Below, in pieces: positions 62,144 to 64,000 of a stretch of 64,000 nt of DNA. Both the position numbers and the translations under genes were made by a program. The stretch is from Lophium mytilinum (Eukaryota). The notes beneath the pieces are model-generated. The model was not told where the DNA came from. It saw only the letters and a list, made by a program, of their open reading frames with translations, and ran no database searches. How positions within the stretch are numbered: position 1 is the first letter of the stretch; each line of letters begins with the position of its first letter. The stretch is taken from assembly GCA_010093605.1 (NCBI GenBank), contig MU004183.1:1798001-1862000 (forward strand). The letters are read 5' to 3'.

Positions 62144-63076
62144 ATGGCAGACCTAGACCTCCAAGAAATCCACGACTACCTAGTCTCGCTCGCCCACAAA
62201 GCGGGCGAGATGATAACCTCCGCCCATCCTACAACATCTGCATCAGGAACTAAGAAGAATTGTTAGTTCTACACACATACATGACTCCCTAGCAGTAAAC
62301 CCACCTTATAATTCCCATCCCTAGCCGCCGACCTCGTAACCGAAACCGACCGCGCCGTCGAAACCCTCATATCCACCTCCCTACACACCCACTACCCCCA
62401 CATCCTCTTCATGGGCGAAGAGACCTACAAGCCCGGGGACCGCCTCACCTCTGCCCCAACCTTCATCGTCGACCCCATCGACGGCACCACCAACTTCGTG
62501 CACCGCCTCCCCTACGCCTGCATCTCACTCGGGCTCGCCATCAACCTCGTCCCCACCGTCGGCGTCGTCTACAACCCCTTCACAAACACGCTATACAGTG
62601 CCATCACCGGCCGCGGCGCATTTCTGAACAAGACGACGCCGCTGCCCCTCGCGGCTCCGACGCCGTTAGGCGAGTTGAGCAATTGCCTCGTAGCGGTGGA
62701 GTGGGGTAGTGATCGCAGCGGCAACGATTACGATGTTAAGGTCGCCACGTTTGCGAAGCTCGCGGGGGGGAAGGAGATTGGGGGGTCGATGGTGCATAGT
62801 CTGCGCTCGTTCGGGTCTGCGGCGCTGAATATGTGCGCTGTGGCGAGTGGCGCGATTGATGTGTACTGGGAGACGGGGTGCTGGGCGTGGGATGTGTGTG
62901 CGGGGTGGGTGATTCTGAAAGAGGCTGGAGGGTTAGTGGCGGATGGGAATCCGGGAGGGTGGGAGCCGAGGGTGGATGGGAGGCGCTATTTGTCTGTGAG
63001 AGGCGGGGAAGGCCAGAAGGAGCTTGTGGAGGAGTTTTGGGGGGTGGTTCAGGGGAAATGTGAAGTTGGACTCTAG
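62144..63076 (+). CDS. Inositol monophosphatase family protein, one intron
   Basis: DLVTETDRAVE, GEE, FIVDPIDGTTNFVH, RSFGSAAL, WDVCAGWVILKEAGG. Confidence 0.95.
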
Positions 63077-63127
63077 AAACTGTGATATATAAAAGTATGT
63101 AGAGCTATAATTTGCAGCTAGAAACCT

Positions 63128-63394
63128 TACATCCCATTCTGGATTTTTCGGGTACACTGGAGGACTCTAAACGTTGCTAGAGTGGTGTAGGATGCTGAAT
63201 GTATGAATGACGCGTCACGTACTTTGCATCTCATCTTGAATTTTCCTGGTACGTTGGAGGACCTTAAACGGTGCTGGAACGGTGTAGGAAGCTGGATGTA
63301 TGAACAACAGCGTCATGTAATTTACATCCTGTTCTCAATTTTCCTGGTACGTTGGAGGACCTCAAACGGTGCTAGGATGGGATAGGAAGCCAGA
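63128..63394. repeat. Three imperfect ~97-bp tandem units (core ATTTTCCTGGTACGTTGGAGGACCTYAAACGGTGCT)
   Basis: Cores at ~63143, 63240 and 63338, between convergent 3' ends. Confidence 0.85.
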
Positions 63395-63883
63395 CGGACT
63401 TCGAAGAATTCGCTCGCGGGGCACTCCACCCATTCTTTACCTCCGAGTTCACGAAGCGAGATGATTCTCCTCGCGGTCTCGTGACCTGCCTCAAGATTCA
63501 CGGAGATAGCTCCGAAACTGGGAGATCGTGATTCGGGCCTTTGGTATTGGGGTGAAAACTAGCTGCGATATTGCGGGCCTAGAAACTTGAGAGGAATAGC
63601 AGAGGTGCTTCGATAAGGTAAGGAGATATAGTAGACGGGAAATAGAGTGAGGGGATGAACTTCTGGAGGAAAGTCGGAGGTAAGGGAATATCAATTTCAC
63701 CGCCATCGCACATTGGACTTGAGTGTAGATACATCTAGCAAAAGAGACTAGGTATGTATTGCGTGCTACTAAGTAAGAACCCCTGACCAATGGTATCGAT
63801 CATCCATCATGTTCATTTTCGTGAAAAAGACCAAAGAAACAAACCCAACCCATTCCCCGTAACGTGCCCCAACCTTCTTAGCC

Positions 63884-64000
63884 TCAAGTGGAGGCGGAAG
63901 CAGCGGGCTTCTCGCTCTCGTTCTTGGCGCAGTTGTTACATGCGCACTTGCCAGGAGGACACGGGCACTTCTCAGCTGTCGAGCCACAATTGCACGCGGT
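63884..64000 (-). CDS. C-terminal part of a small Cys-rich metallothionein-like protein (begins outside the window)
   Basis: TACNCGSTAEKCPCPPGKCACNNCAKNESEKPAASAST*; three CxC pairs and a CxxC. Confidence 0.65.
   Translation of the reverse strand, partial: TACNCGSTAEKCPCPPGKCACNNCAKNESEKPAASAST

Overview
A 64-kb window of a filamentous ascomycete nuclear genome (short GT-AG introns with CTRAY branch points; Dothideomycete-like by inference). It holds about 18 intact or partial protein genes: TMA7, a Zn2Cys6/DUF3425 transcription factor, RAD26, a kinase-ankyrin-UBA-UIM protein, PCM/PIMT, HAUS1, SLM1, two MFS transporters, a PAP2 phosphatase, a P450, an SDR, a PDR-type ABC transporter, a thioesterase, an inositol monophosphatase and a metallothionein-like tail. 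There are also two pseudogene fragments. The most striking signal is non-coding. (1) A ~3.25-kb stretch without a credible protein gene (29160-32440), just upstream of an MFS gene, folds on the + strand into one closed, multi-domain RNA structure whose two ends pair over ~80 nt; it is bracketed by a plausible 5' splice site and a strong polypyrimidine/AG acceptor (giant folded intron or lncRNA). (2) A second ~5.5-kb stretch (4320-9950) shows similar nested long-range helices and contains a 4-unit conserved-block repeat array. (3) Three TATA / long-hairpin / oligo-T units on the - strand look like Pol III small-RNA (milRNA-like) genes. All structures were found by eye and need folding, covariation and RNA-seq tests.
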